A stretch of DNA of 64,000 bases from Pseudomonadota bacterium (GTDB lineage: Bacteria; Bdellovibrionota_B; Oligoflexia; Silvanigrellales; Silvanigrellaceae): positions 62,070-126,069 of the forward strand of contig JBDLRP010000032.1 in assembly GCA_039799905.1 (NCBI GenBank). Reading direction: 5' to 3'. The notes below the pieces were generated by a model. The model saw only the letters and a program-made list of their open reading frames with translations, made no database searches and was not told the origin of the DNA. Made by a program: the position numbers and the translations under genes. Below, piece after piece: positions 55,946 to 64,000 of this stretch (its first letter is position 1; every line of letters starts with the position of its first letter).

Positions 55946-58027
55946 TTACTCCCTGTCCTGCATTGCCGCTGCCGGCGAGATGCGGCTGGCCATGAATGCC
56001 GGATAAAGGGTGAATACGAGAGCGAGCAGAGCCACGCTCAAAGGTGCTAAAATTGCCACAACTCCCGAAACCTGCGGATATAGCCGCGGACCACCGAAAA
56101 GGAAGCTGACGAAGTCGGACGGAGCCGCGATGCCGCGCACGCTGAGGAATGAAACAAGTGCGACGGCGAGCAGCGAACCGGCAAACGATGCGAGCACTCC
56201 AACGGTCAGCGTTTCCACAAAGAACATCCGCAGAACAAAGACCTTCTGTGCACCAATCGCCCGCAGCGTGCCAATTTCCCGGGTGCGCTCCAAGGTTGTC
56301 ATCATGATCGCATTGTTGATGATGGCCATGGCGACAATCAAAATAATCGCAACCGCAACCAGCAGTACAGCACGGATCACCGTGACGAGTTGTCCGAGTG
56401 TACCTGCAGCCTGCTTCCAGTCGACCACCTTGAGATTCATGCCCGCACGCTTGAGCTGATCTTCAATTTCAAGACGTGTTGAGTTCATTCTGCGTGGGTT
56501 TTTGAGGACGATGGCGGCGTTGATTGCCATCCCCGATTCTAGTTCTGCAGGCGGGTATCCGCCGGTCTGCGCGCGTTTGAATTCCAGACTCGCTGGGGCC
56601 TCAGCGGACGCTGCATTTGAACTTTCTGCTGAGCGCTGTTCAATTTGAGTGTCGCCGCCAAACAGGGAGTCCTCAAGATTTCCAGCGTCGGCAACATCTC
56701 GCACCGAAATCTGTTTGCGGATGTCCTCAAGTTCCTTTTGACCCTCAGCGCTCATCCGGCCGTAAAGCTCGCGGTAGCTGACAAGGTCGACAAAGTTGAA
56801 GGCGCCCGCGAGGTCCGAACTTTCGAGTCCCTCAAACTGATAGATGCCATAGATTCTGAGCGGCACCGTTTTGAGGAATCCGCTGCGTGTGTAGGAGCGG
56901 AGGTTGATGGTGTCGCCTACTTTGAATGGATAAAGCCTGATGTTCGGCGCGATACTCTTGTAGAAAAAATCGAAGCGCGCAGTGAAATTGGAATCGTTGA
57001 CAGCGAGGAAATCACGGAGGATTTTTTCCGGATTTTCCTCGGAGCTGCCGAGAAATCCTTTGACGGAGTTCAGCACTTCGGCGCGCTTCTCTCCGGAGAG
57101 GTAAACGAGGATTTCCAGATATTGTTTCGGCAAATCGTTCGCAGTCGTGCGCAGCGATATGTCATTTTCGATTGTCTTTCGCTGAATGACGAGACCTTTG
57201 TAAAGGGAATCAAAGCCGCGCGCGACGATGTTTTTGATTTGTGAGTCATAAATTCTTTTGCTGACAAGAATTCCGCGTTCACCGGAAGGGATGTTCTCGC
57301 CCTCAACAACTTTGAATTTTTTGAAAACGTCGGCAAACAGGCTCGGATGGGTACCCATGTAGCGCAGGTAGAGAGGTTCCTTTTCACCGGATAAAGGTGC
57401 GATCTTAGACTCGAGAAAGATCATCAGCGATTCACTGTCGCTCTTGAGCCCTTGCCAGAAGTTTTCTGACATCGCTGTTTCGACATCAGCGATCTGTTTT
57501 CTCACGTCGTCCGGATTGGCGGCGATTTTGAGTTCATTTTCGAGGTCGGCACGCACGGTGCGCAAGTTTTCCTTGATGGTCTCAATCATTGCACGGATCT
57601 CCGGCTCGCGTCCGGATTTCACAACTGCCCTGAACTGCTCGAACAGCTCGTCGAGCAGATTTCCGCGCCCGAGAATCGCATTCTCAAAGCCGAGCGGAAC
57701 AATGCTGTCGACGTTGGGATTCTTGAGAATTTCGCTGCGCACATCCTCGAACTTTGGAATCTCGCCCAAGTCGTCGCGGCCGAAGAAGCCACTTCCAAAG
57801 AGTGCAAGGTCGTCTTTTGCGTCTGCCGAATACACCTGCAGGTGTCCGGCCACGCTGCCGATGATGCTTTGTGACATCGTGCTTTCGACACTGCCGAGCA
57901 GCGAGAGCCCGAATACGACGAGAAAGCTGCCGCACAGGAGAATGCCTCCTACGACAGCCGTTTTCACTTTGTGAAGGGCAAGATTGCGGATCGCCACCAA
58001 CAAGAGAACTTTGAGTTCTTCCAACAT
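55946..58027 (-). CDS. FtsX/MacB/LolCE-type ABC permease with a large periplasmic domain
   Basis: VAIRNL and LERTREIGTLRAIG motifs. Confidence 0.9.
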   Translation of the reverse strand: MLEELKVLLLVAIRNLALHKVKTAVVGGILLCGSFLVVFGLSLLGSVESTMSQSIIGSVAGHLQVYSADAKDDLALFGSGFFGRDDLGEIPKFEDVRSEILKNPNVDSIVPLGFENAILGRGNLLDELFEQFRAVVKSGREPEIRAMIETIKENLRTVRADLENELKIAANPDDVRKQIADVETAMSENFWQGLKSDSESLMIFLESKIAPLSGEKEPLYLRYMGTHPSLFADVFKKFKVVEGENIPSGERGILVSKRIYDSQIKNIVARGFDSLYKGLVIQRKTIENDISLRTTANDLPKQYLEILVYLSGEKRAEVLNSVKGFLGSSEENPEKILRDFLAVNDSNFTARFDFFYKSIAPNIRLYPFKVGDTINLRSYTRSGFLKTVPLRIYGIYQFEGLESSDLAGAFNFVDLVSYRELYGRMSAEGQKELEDIRKQISVRDVADAGNLEDSLFGGDTQIEQRSAESSNAASAEAPASLEFKRAQTGGYPPAELESGMAINAAIVLKNPRRMNSTRLEIEDQLKRAGMNLKVVDWKQAAGTLGQLVTVIRAVLLVAVAIILIVAMAIINNAIMMTTLERTREIGTLRAIGAQKVFVLRMFFVETLTVGVLASFAGSLLAVALVSFLSVRGIAAPSDFVSFLFGGPRLYPQVSGVVAILAPLSVALLALVFTLYPAFMASRISPAAAMQDRE

Positions 58028-58030
58028 GGC

Positions 58031-58714
58031 TTATTTCCTTATGTCTTCAATGACGCGGCCATCTTGCAGACGGACGATGCGGCGGGCGTGTTCGATGACC
58101 TTCGGGTCATGCGATGAAAAGATGAACGTGGTTTTTTGTTTCTCATTGAGCGAGCGCATGAGCTCGATAATGTTTTGTCCGGTTTCAGAGTCGAGGTTCG
58201 CCGTAGGCTCGTCGGCAAGAACAATTTTCGGCTGCGTTACAAGTGCACGGGCAATTGCCACGCGTTGGCGTTGACCGCCTGAAAGTTCATGCGAACGGTT
58301 CTTTGCTTTGGCACCAAGACCGACCTGCTCGAGCAGCGTTCCCACTCTTTCAGCACGTTGTGCCGCCGACATTCCACCCTTAAGAAGCAATGGCAATTCA
58401 ACGTTTTGGAAAACCGAAAGCACGGGCACCAGATTGAAGCTCTGGAAGATGAATCCGAGCGTGTTGAGACGCAGCTGCGTTTGCTCTTTGTCAGACAGGG
58501 CGCTGGTTTCTTTGCCCTCGATAACGACGCTTCCTGTGGTGGCAACGTCCATGCAGCCAATCAGGTTGAGAAGTGTCGATTTTCCGCATCCGGAAGGTCC
58601 GGCAATGGTGGTGAATTCCCCTTCGGCGATGTTCAGATTGATGCCATGCAGAGCGCGTACCATGGCCGAGCCCAAGGGATAATCTTTGATGACATTGTTC
58701 AATACGACCGACAT
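58031..58714 (-). CDS. LolD/MacB-type ABC ATPase
   Basis: GPSGCGKST, GFIFQSFNL, LSGGQRQRVAIARA and LADEPTANLD motifs. Confidence 0.95.
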   Translation of the reverse strand: MSVVLNNVIKDYPLGSAMVRALHGINLNIAEGEFTTIAGPSGCGKSTLLNLIGCMDVATTGSVVIEGKETSALSDKEQTQLRLNTLGFIFQSFNLVPVLSVFQNVELPLLLKGGMSAAQRAERVGTLLEQVGLGAKAKNRSHELSGGQRQRVAIARALVTQPKIVLADEPTANLDSETGQNIIELMRSLNEKQKTTFIFSSHDPKVIEHARRIVRLQDGRVIEDIRK

Positions 58715-58836
58715 AAGGACTCCATCGATTGCCGGATCAGCAGGCATCCGGTCCGCTTGTTGAAGCGACTATCGTAGTCCAGCTGTGTCGGTATTCAAAA
58801 TATAATCGGCTTTTCTTTTAAATATGGCTTGGCTGT

Positions 58837-59862
58837 TTATTCCCACTTAAACAGCCAAGAGCTGAGCGCGATGAAAACGGCACTGAGCGCCACCATGAGA
58901 GTCAGCGGGGCACTGACGTCTGCAAGTGTGGCACCTTCTGTGACGATCGCTCTTGTCGCGTCAACCAAGTGGGTGAGCGGGAAAATTTGAGCAATTTTTT
59001 GCAGAATTGGATTGGTACCTTCGAGCGAGAACCATACGCCCGAAAACAGCATCATCGGCCAGCTCAGCAGATTGAGCAGGCCGCCCGCGAGTTCTTCGCT
59101 GCTGATACGCGCTGCCACAATCAAAGCAAGCGAGATCATGCACAGCGATCCGATCAGCAAAGCAGCAAGAAGATGAATGTAGCTGCCGAGAATTTGAACG
59201 TCAGCGAGAAATTTGCAGCCAACCAGAACAATCGCGCAGGTGATCATCATCAACATGAGCCGACTTGCCACCTGAGCAGCGAGGAATTCAAACGCTGTGA
59301 CGGAAGTTGTCTTGATTCGCCGCAAGACGCCTGCCTTGCGGTAGCGAACGATCACATAGCCGACTCCGAAAAGAGAGCCGAACATCACGTTCATGCTCAA
59401 GAGCCCTGCAAGAAGCCAGTCGACGTAGCGTATCTCACGGCCGCTCACCTCGCCGCGGGTGATCGACACGGGTTGGCCTGCCAGATTCGTGGAGATGATT
59501 TTCTCCAGCAGATAACCTTTGGGAGACGATGAGTTGACCCAATACTGTGGCGAATTTCCCAGTTCGAGAACCATATCGAACTGGTGCCGTTTGAGTTTCT
59601 CAAGGGCCGGTTCGATGGTACTGACGTCGACGAACTGTATGAATTTGGTCGACAGGAATTCTTCAGCTTGAGTTTTTGCCTGCTCGTTTTGCGAAATCTG
59701 CCGGTGCAATGCGACTTTGAAAATGTCCTGATTCGTTCCCGAAAATGCAAAAGAGAAACCAATGACAATCAGGAACGGGAATAACAGACTCCATGACAAC
59801 GACCCCCTGTCACGCAGAAACTCCTGATTCCGCGCATGCAGCAATGCGAAAAAACGTTTCAT
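58837..59862 (-). CDS. ABC-2 type permease
   Basis: RYVDWLLAGLL, YRKAGVLRRI and FPLTHLVDA motifs. Confidence 0.9.
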   Translation of the reverse strand: MKRFFALLHARNQEFLRDRGSLSWSLLFPFLIVIGFSFAFSGTNQDIFKVALHRQISQNEQAKTQAEEFLSTKFIQFVDVSTIEPALEKLKRHQFDMVLELGNSPQYWVNSSSPKGYLLEKIISTNLAGQPVSITRGEVSGREIRYVDWLLAGLLSMNVMFGSLFGVGYVIVRYRKAGVLRRIKTTSVTAFEFLAAQVASRLMLMMITCAIVLVGCKFLADVQILGSYIHLLAALLIGSLCMISLALIVAARISSEELAGGLLNLLSWPMMLFSGVWFSLEGTNPILQKIAQIFPLTHLVDATRAIVTEGATLADVSAPLTLMVALSAVFIALSSWLFKWE

Positions 59863-60749
59863 TCGCGCAACTCCCGGCCGGTCAGGTGAATAAACAGATC
59901 TTCAAGCGTTGCAGTTCTGACCGACATCCGATTTAGGCTTATGTCTCTTTGAATGAACTGAGCGAGGGCCGCTTTGACGTCGGGAACATGAAATTCAACG
60001 CTGTTTTGCTTGCGTTGAAATTGCAGTCCGAAAGAGTCGGGCAGTGATGAATTCAGGTCGGCGTTCGGTATGTCGATGTACTGGCCTTCAAAGTATTGCC
60101 TCAAGAGATCCTGCGGTTTTCCCTGTGCGATAATCAGACCAGTGTCCATGATGGCAATCTCGTCACAAAGTTCATACGCTTCTTCCATATAGTGTGTGGT
60201 CAGAATCACGCTTTTGCCTTCCGCTTTGATTTTGCCGACGAGCGACCAGAGGTTGCGCCGCGCCTGCGGATCGAGTCCAGTGGTTGGTTCATCCAGAAAA
60301 ACTAATTCGGGATCGTTGATGAGGGCCAGTGCGAGCATCAAGCGCTGGCGTTGTCCGCCTGAAAGTTTGCGATTGTCTCTCTCGAGGAACTCTTCGAGTG
60401 TGCAGAGTCCGATGAGCTCGTCGATGCTGCGTGTCTTTTTCGAGAGGCTGGCAAACAAATTGAGACATTCGCGGACTGTAAGGAAATCCTGCAAAGACGT
60501 ATTCTGGAATTGAATGCCAATTTTGTGGTGCTGGTCGCGTGTGAGTGGTTGTCCGTCAAACAGCACTTCGCCTGCGCTTGGTGTAATGACGCCTTCCATC
60601 ATTTCGATCGTTGTTGTTTTGCCCGCACCATTGGGGCCCAAGAGTCCGAAACATTGTCCGCGGCGGACGCCAAAACTGACGTCTTGAACGGCAACCAGAC
60701 TTCCGTAGGATTTGCGCAAATGCCTTGCTTCGATGTGTGTTTGGTTCAT
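59859..60749 (-). CDS. ABC-2 type ATPase
   Basis: GPNGAGKTT, LSGGQ, FLDEPTTGLDP and TTHYMEEA motifs. Confidence 0.95.
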   Translation of the reverse strand: MNQTHIEARHLRKSYGSLVAVQDVSFGVRRGQCFGLLGPNGAGKTTTIEMMEGVITPSAGEVLFDGQPLTRDQHHKIGIQFQNTSLQDFLTVRECLNLFASLSKKTRSIDELIGLCTLEEFLERDNRKLSGGQRQRLMLALALINDPELVFLDEPTTGLDPQARRNLWSLVGKIKAEGKSVILTTHYMEEAYELCDEIAIMDTGLIIAQGKPQDLLRQYFEGQYIDIPNADLNSSLPDSFGLQFQRKQNSVEFHVPDVKAALAQFIQRDISLNRMSVRTATLEDLFIHLTGRELRE

Positions 60750-60850
60750 TTGTAAATCGCTATTAATACTGTGTTAATTGATTATTATTTCAAGCGACCC
60801 AAAGGTTGAGCCGAAGACTCCGCACACGTTTGCCGAGTGAGGAGCAGCAT

Positions 60851-63010
60851 ATGCGCCTGCAGTCTTTGATTCCACTGTTCAGCCTGATTTCTTTGTCTGC
60901 GTGCGTTATGCGCAAGCCCGCTGAGAATATCTTGCAGTTTGTTCCGGACTCGGGCGTTTCTTATCCCAAGGAGGCTGTCACGGATCTGGGGCTTTCCGAG
61001 GATTTGCTCCAGCGTGTTTATTCCAAACAAAATCTGCTCGAGGCACAGGCGCAATTGTCGTCTGACAAGGGCTATGAACTCAACATTCTGCTGCGAGAAG
61101 ACTGGCAGACGCGTCTTCCTTTGAAAGTGAAGTCGGGCGCCGTCAAGACTTTTCAGGATCTGCTGGACGCCAAAGAGGTCACAGGAATCGCAGATCTTCA
61201 GGTGTCGGATGTGCAGACCAGCCCGGCTACGGCAGACGGCCTGAGAAGGATGTCGGCGGTGAGCAAAAGGCCTGTGTTTGATGTAATGAAGGTGCGGACC
61301 TCGGAAAAAACAGTTCCGCAGTTGATTGCGGCCTTGAATAAACTTCACAGGCATTCCGCTGTTTTGTTTGCCGAGCCGAATTTCAAAAACAAGAAAGTTG
61401 TCCTTCCAAATGATCCGAGCATGCCGTCGTTGTGGGGAATGACCAAGATTTCCGCCCCCAGCGCATGGGATTCCTTCAAGGGAAATGAATCGGTGGTGGT
61501 GGCCGTCATCGACACCGGTGTCAACGTCACTCATCCGGACCTCAAGGACAATGTCTGGAAAAATACTCGCGAAACGGCCGGCAATGGTGTTGACGATGAC
61601 GGTAATGGCTATATCGATGACGTCAATGGATGGGATTTTGCATACGGAGACAACAACCCGAGTGACGTCGACGGACACGGTTCGCATTGTGCGGGAACCG
61701 TTGCGGCACGCGGAAACAATGGTCTTGGTGTGGTGGGTGTGAACTGGGTATCGCGCATCATGCCTGTCAAGGTCCTCGACGACAGCGGCTCAGGTTACAA
61801 CTATGACATATACAACGGTATCATGTATGCCATCGCCAACGGTGCAAAAGTCACCTCCAACAGCTACGGAGGCGGCGGCGCAAGTTCACTGATCGCTTCC
61901 GCGATCAAAGCTGCGCAGGATGCGGGAGTGTTGTTTGTGGCTGCAGCCGGCAACGAATCGGCAAGTTCCGCCTCGTATCCCGCATACTTCACAAAAACAT
62001 ACAGCAACGTCATTTCCGTTGCCTCGACCGACTCAAACGATTCTCTGAGTTCATTTTCAAACTACGGCGATGGAGTTGACGTCGCTGCTCCTGGAAGAGG
62101 GATCTTGAGCACTTCTTTGGGACAAAGTTATGTGACGCTCAGTGGAACTTCGATGGCAACACCCCACGTTGCCGGCATGGCCACGTTTCTTTGGGCTGCG
62201 TCGCCAAATAAATCGCTGGCTGATATCCGCTCTGCGATTGTGAGCAACTCGGATGCGGTTGCGGCGCTGTCGGGCAAGGTGGTCGCCAATGGTCGGGTTA
62301 ACCTAAAGGCGTCGTTGGATGCGATTGGCGGGGTTGTCGCTCCGACTCCGACTCCGACTCCGACTCCGACTCCGACTCCGACTCCGACTCCGACTCCGAC
62401 TCCGACTCCGACTCCGACTCCGACGGTGACCCCTTCACCATCTCCATCTCCGACGTCGTCGCCGACAGCGACACCCGTCCCATCGCCATCGCCAACAGCA
62501 ACACCTGAGCCCACACCCGCACCGTCACCCGCACCGACACCCGCACCGACAGTCACTCCAACTCCGGTCCCCACGCCGACCTTTGGCGATGGTTTGCGCT
62601 ACCGGATTTATCGCGGCTTCTGGATGCGTCTACCGAATTTCGATGCGCTCAGAGCTGTCGAGCAAGGAACAACTTCGGTTGTCACAATTGCTCCGGCGAG
62701 TTTCGCGAATCAATTTGGTATGGTCTTTGATGGGATGATTTGGGTTCCTGCCGACGGGGAATATCAATTCTTTCTCAGGTCTGATGACGGGAGCCGGTTG
62801 ACCATCAAGGGGCAGAGAGTCATCAATCACGATGGCTTGCACGGATTTAGCGAGCGCTCCGGCAAAATTGCGCTGACTGCCGGATTTCATTCATTCCGCG
62901 TCGACTATTTTCAATTGTTCGGTGGAAAAGGATTGCAACTGCAGTGGCAAGGACCAAGCTTTTCGCGCCGAGCAGTGCCGGAGCGGGGCGTGCTTTTCAA
63001 CAAACGATAA
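60851..63010 (+). CDS. Subtilisin-like S8 protease lipoprotein with a Pro/Thr linker and C-terminal PA14 domain
   Basis: Lipobox [27 protein letters not shown], (PT)n linker, and SDDGSRL.I...HDGLH. Confidence 0.92.
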   Translation: MRLQSLIPLFSLISLSACVMRKPAENILQFVPDSGVSYPKEAVTDLGLSEDLLQRVYSKQNLLEAQAQLSSDKGYELNILLREDWQTRLPLKVKSGAVKTFQDLLDAKEVTGIADLQVSDVQTSPATADGLRRMSAVSKRPVFDVMKVRTSEKTVPQLIAALNKLHRHSAVLFAEPNFKNKKVVLPNDPSMPSLWGMTKISAPSAWDSFKGNESVVVAVIDTGVNVTHPDLKDNVWKNTRETAGNGVDDDGNGYIDDVNGWDFAYGDNNPSDVDGHGSHCAGTVAARGNNGLGVVGVNWVSRIMPVKVLDDSGSGYNYDIYNGIMYAIANGAKVTSNSYGGGGASSLIASAIKAAQDAGVLFVAAAGNESASSASYPAYFTKTYSNVISVASTDSNDSLSSFSNYGDGVDVAAPGRGILSTSLGQSYVTLSGTSMATPHVAGMATFLWAASPNKSLADIRSAIVSNSDAVAALSGKVVANGRVNLKASLDAIGGVVAPTPTPTPTPTPTPTPTPTPTPTPTPTPTVTPSPSPSPTSSPTATPVPSPSPTATPEPTPAPSPAPTPAPTVTPTPVPTPTFGDGLRYRIYRGFWMRLPNFDALRAVEQGTTSVVTIAPASFANQFGMVFDGMIWVPADGEYQFFLRSDDGSRLTIKGQRVINHDGLHGFSERSGKIALTAGFHSFRVDYFQLFGGKGLQLQWQGPSFSRRAVPERGVLFNKR
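62341..62424 (+). repeat. Perfect hexamer tandem repeat (TCCGAC)x14 encoding the Pro-Thr linker
   Basis: Counted directly from the sequence. Confidence 0.95.
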
Positions 63011-63060
63011 GGTTGAAGACTTCTGCACAATGAATGTGTGTGTTTTCCGCCGGCGGGCTT

Positions 63061-63852
63061 TCAGTTGACCGGCGGAGTTTCTTTTTCAAGCAGGCAATAC
63101 GCGTCGCGCGCGAATACATAGTAGGCGGAGCCGAACGAGATGACGAGTCCGCGCAGGCCGTCGGTGAAACCGCGTTTAAGAACGTAGCGGCGAAAGAATT
63201 CCCAAATCGGACGTGTGAATAATTCAACTGCGAACACTTTGCGCTGAGTGCGGCGCCGTTCTTTGCTTGCCAGTTCGGCGTAGCGCGCATTTTTTTCAAA
63301 GTACTGGCGCAGGCTCGTATAGCTGTAGTGGTTGATTGGCTGATTGAGTTTCGTGACCTGCAGCGGGCCGCTTGCCTCAATCCCTTCATGCACATTTTTT
63401 TCGTTGAAGCGGCAGTATCGCCGGTTGAAAACGCGGGTGACGCGATCGGGCGACCAGCCGCAGCCACGGATGTGCTTTCCGAGAAAAAAATTTCGGCGCG
63501 GAAACGACATCACCTGTGACAATTCTTCAGTCCTGAGATGGCGGGTGATTTCCTGCGCGAGCTCATCATTCATGCGTTCGTCCGCATCGAGCCAGAGAAT
63601 CCAGTCGTGACTTGCGGCATCGACACCCACCTGACGGGTTCCTCCGAAACCCTTCCACTCGCTCGTGATGACTCGGGCATTTGAGAACTTGTTTACAGTA
63701 GAAATGGTTTCGTCAGTCGAACCGTTGTCGACGACTATGACTTCAGCAAAGGAACTCAAACTAGAAAGGCAATCACCGATGTTACTTTGTTCGTTGCGCG
63801 TCATGATCACAACGGACAGCTTGTGTGATTCTGCACGCTCGATTGATGCCAT
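63061..63852 (-). CDS. Glycosyltransferase family 2 (WaaE/KdtX-like)
   Basis: VVDNGSTD, WKGFG, WILWLDADE, VHE and GFTDG motifs. Confidence 0.88.
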   Translation of the reverse strand: MASIERAESHKLSVVIMTRNEQSNIGDCLSSLSSFAEVIVVDNGSTDETISTVNKFSNARVITSEWKGFGGTRQVGVDAASHDWILWLDADERMNDELAQEITRHLRTEELSQVMSFPRRNFFLGKHIRGCGWSPDRVTRVFNRRYCRFNEKNVHEGIEASGPLQVTKLNQPINHYSYTSLRQYFEKNARYAELASKERRRTQRKVFAVELFTRPIWEFFRRYVLKRGFTDGLRGLVISFGSAYYVFARDAYCLLEKETPPVN

Positions 63853-63883
63853 GAATGGCGACCCCGAGGTGAATGAAGAAAAA

Positions 63884-63960
63884 TGGAGCGGGAAACGGGT
63901 CTCGAACCCGCAACCCTCAGCTTGGAAGGCTGATGCTCTAGCCAATTGAGCTATTCCCGC
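63884..63960 (-). tRNA. tRNA-Gly(TCC)
   Basis: GCGGGAATAGCTCAATTGGCTAGAGCATCAGCCTTCCAAGCTGAGG...TTCCCGCTCCA. Confidence 0.95.
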
Positions 63961-63965
63961 TCTCG

Positions 63966-64000
63966 TGGTGGGGAGAAGTGGATTCGAACCACTGAAGACT
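63966..64000 (-). tRNA. 3' part of a tRNA, probably tRNA-Tyr (truncated by the window edge)
   Basis: CTTCAGTGGTTCGAATCCACTTCTCCCCACCA immediately upstream of tRNA-Gly. The anticodon is not visible. Confidence 0.7.

Noticed and set aside
62341..62580. Repeat region as a CRISPR array
   Set aside because: It is a contiguous hexamer repeat without spacers, in frame within a CDS, and there are no cas genes.

Overview
A gene-dense 64 kb bacterial chromosome segment with no transposase, integrase, rRNA or CRISPR array. The many secreted lipoproteins, proteases and peptidoglycan hydrolases suggest a Bdellovibrionota/Oligoflexia-like organism (inference only). Housekeeping genes (lipA, ubiX, pfkA, rph, ilvE, msrB-msrA, LPS transferases, ABC transporters, tRNA-Leu/Gln/Gly and a partial tRNA) alternate with accessory genes. 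The best-supported discovery is a minimal microcin C-type cluster (16.0-18.5 kb, minus strand). It contains a 7-codon precursor missed by the ORF track (MDFIVRN, 18397-18420, with an AGGAGG RBS and a sigma-54 promoter match), then a hairpin, an MccB adenylyltransferase and an MFS exporter. Beside it are a lipoprotein that by eye resembles a bacterial gasdermin but carries an export signal, and a lysozyme/SLT-like lipoprotein, together forming a candidate antibacterial islet. Other items of note are a giant trypsin-like lipoprotein whose catalytic motifs span about 700 aa, a three-gene FHA operon ending in an FHA-lytic transglycosylase fusion, a YdbH/TamB-like envelope cluster, and sigma-54 motifs upstream of two cell-wall hydrolase genes. 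All homology calls come from motif recognition by eye; no database searches were run.
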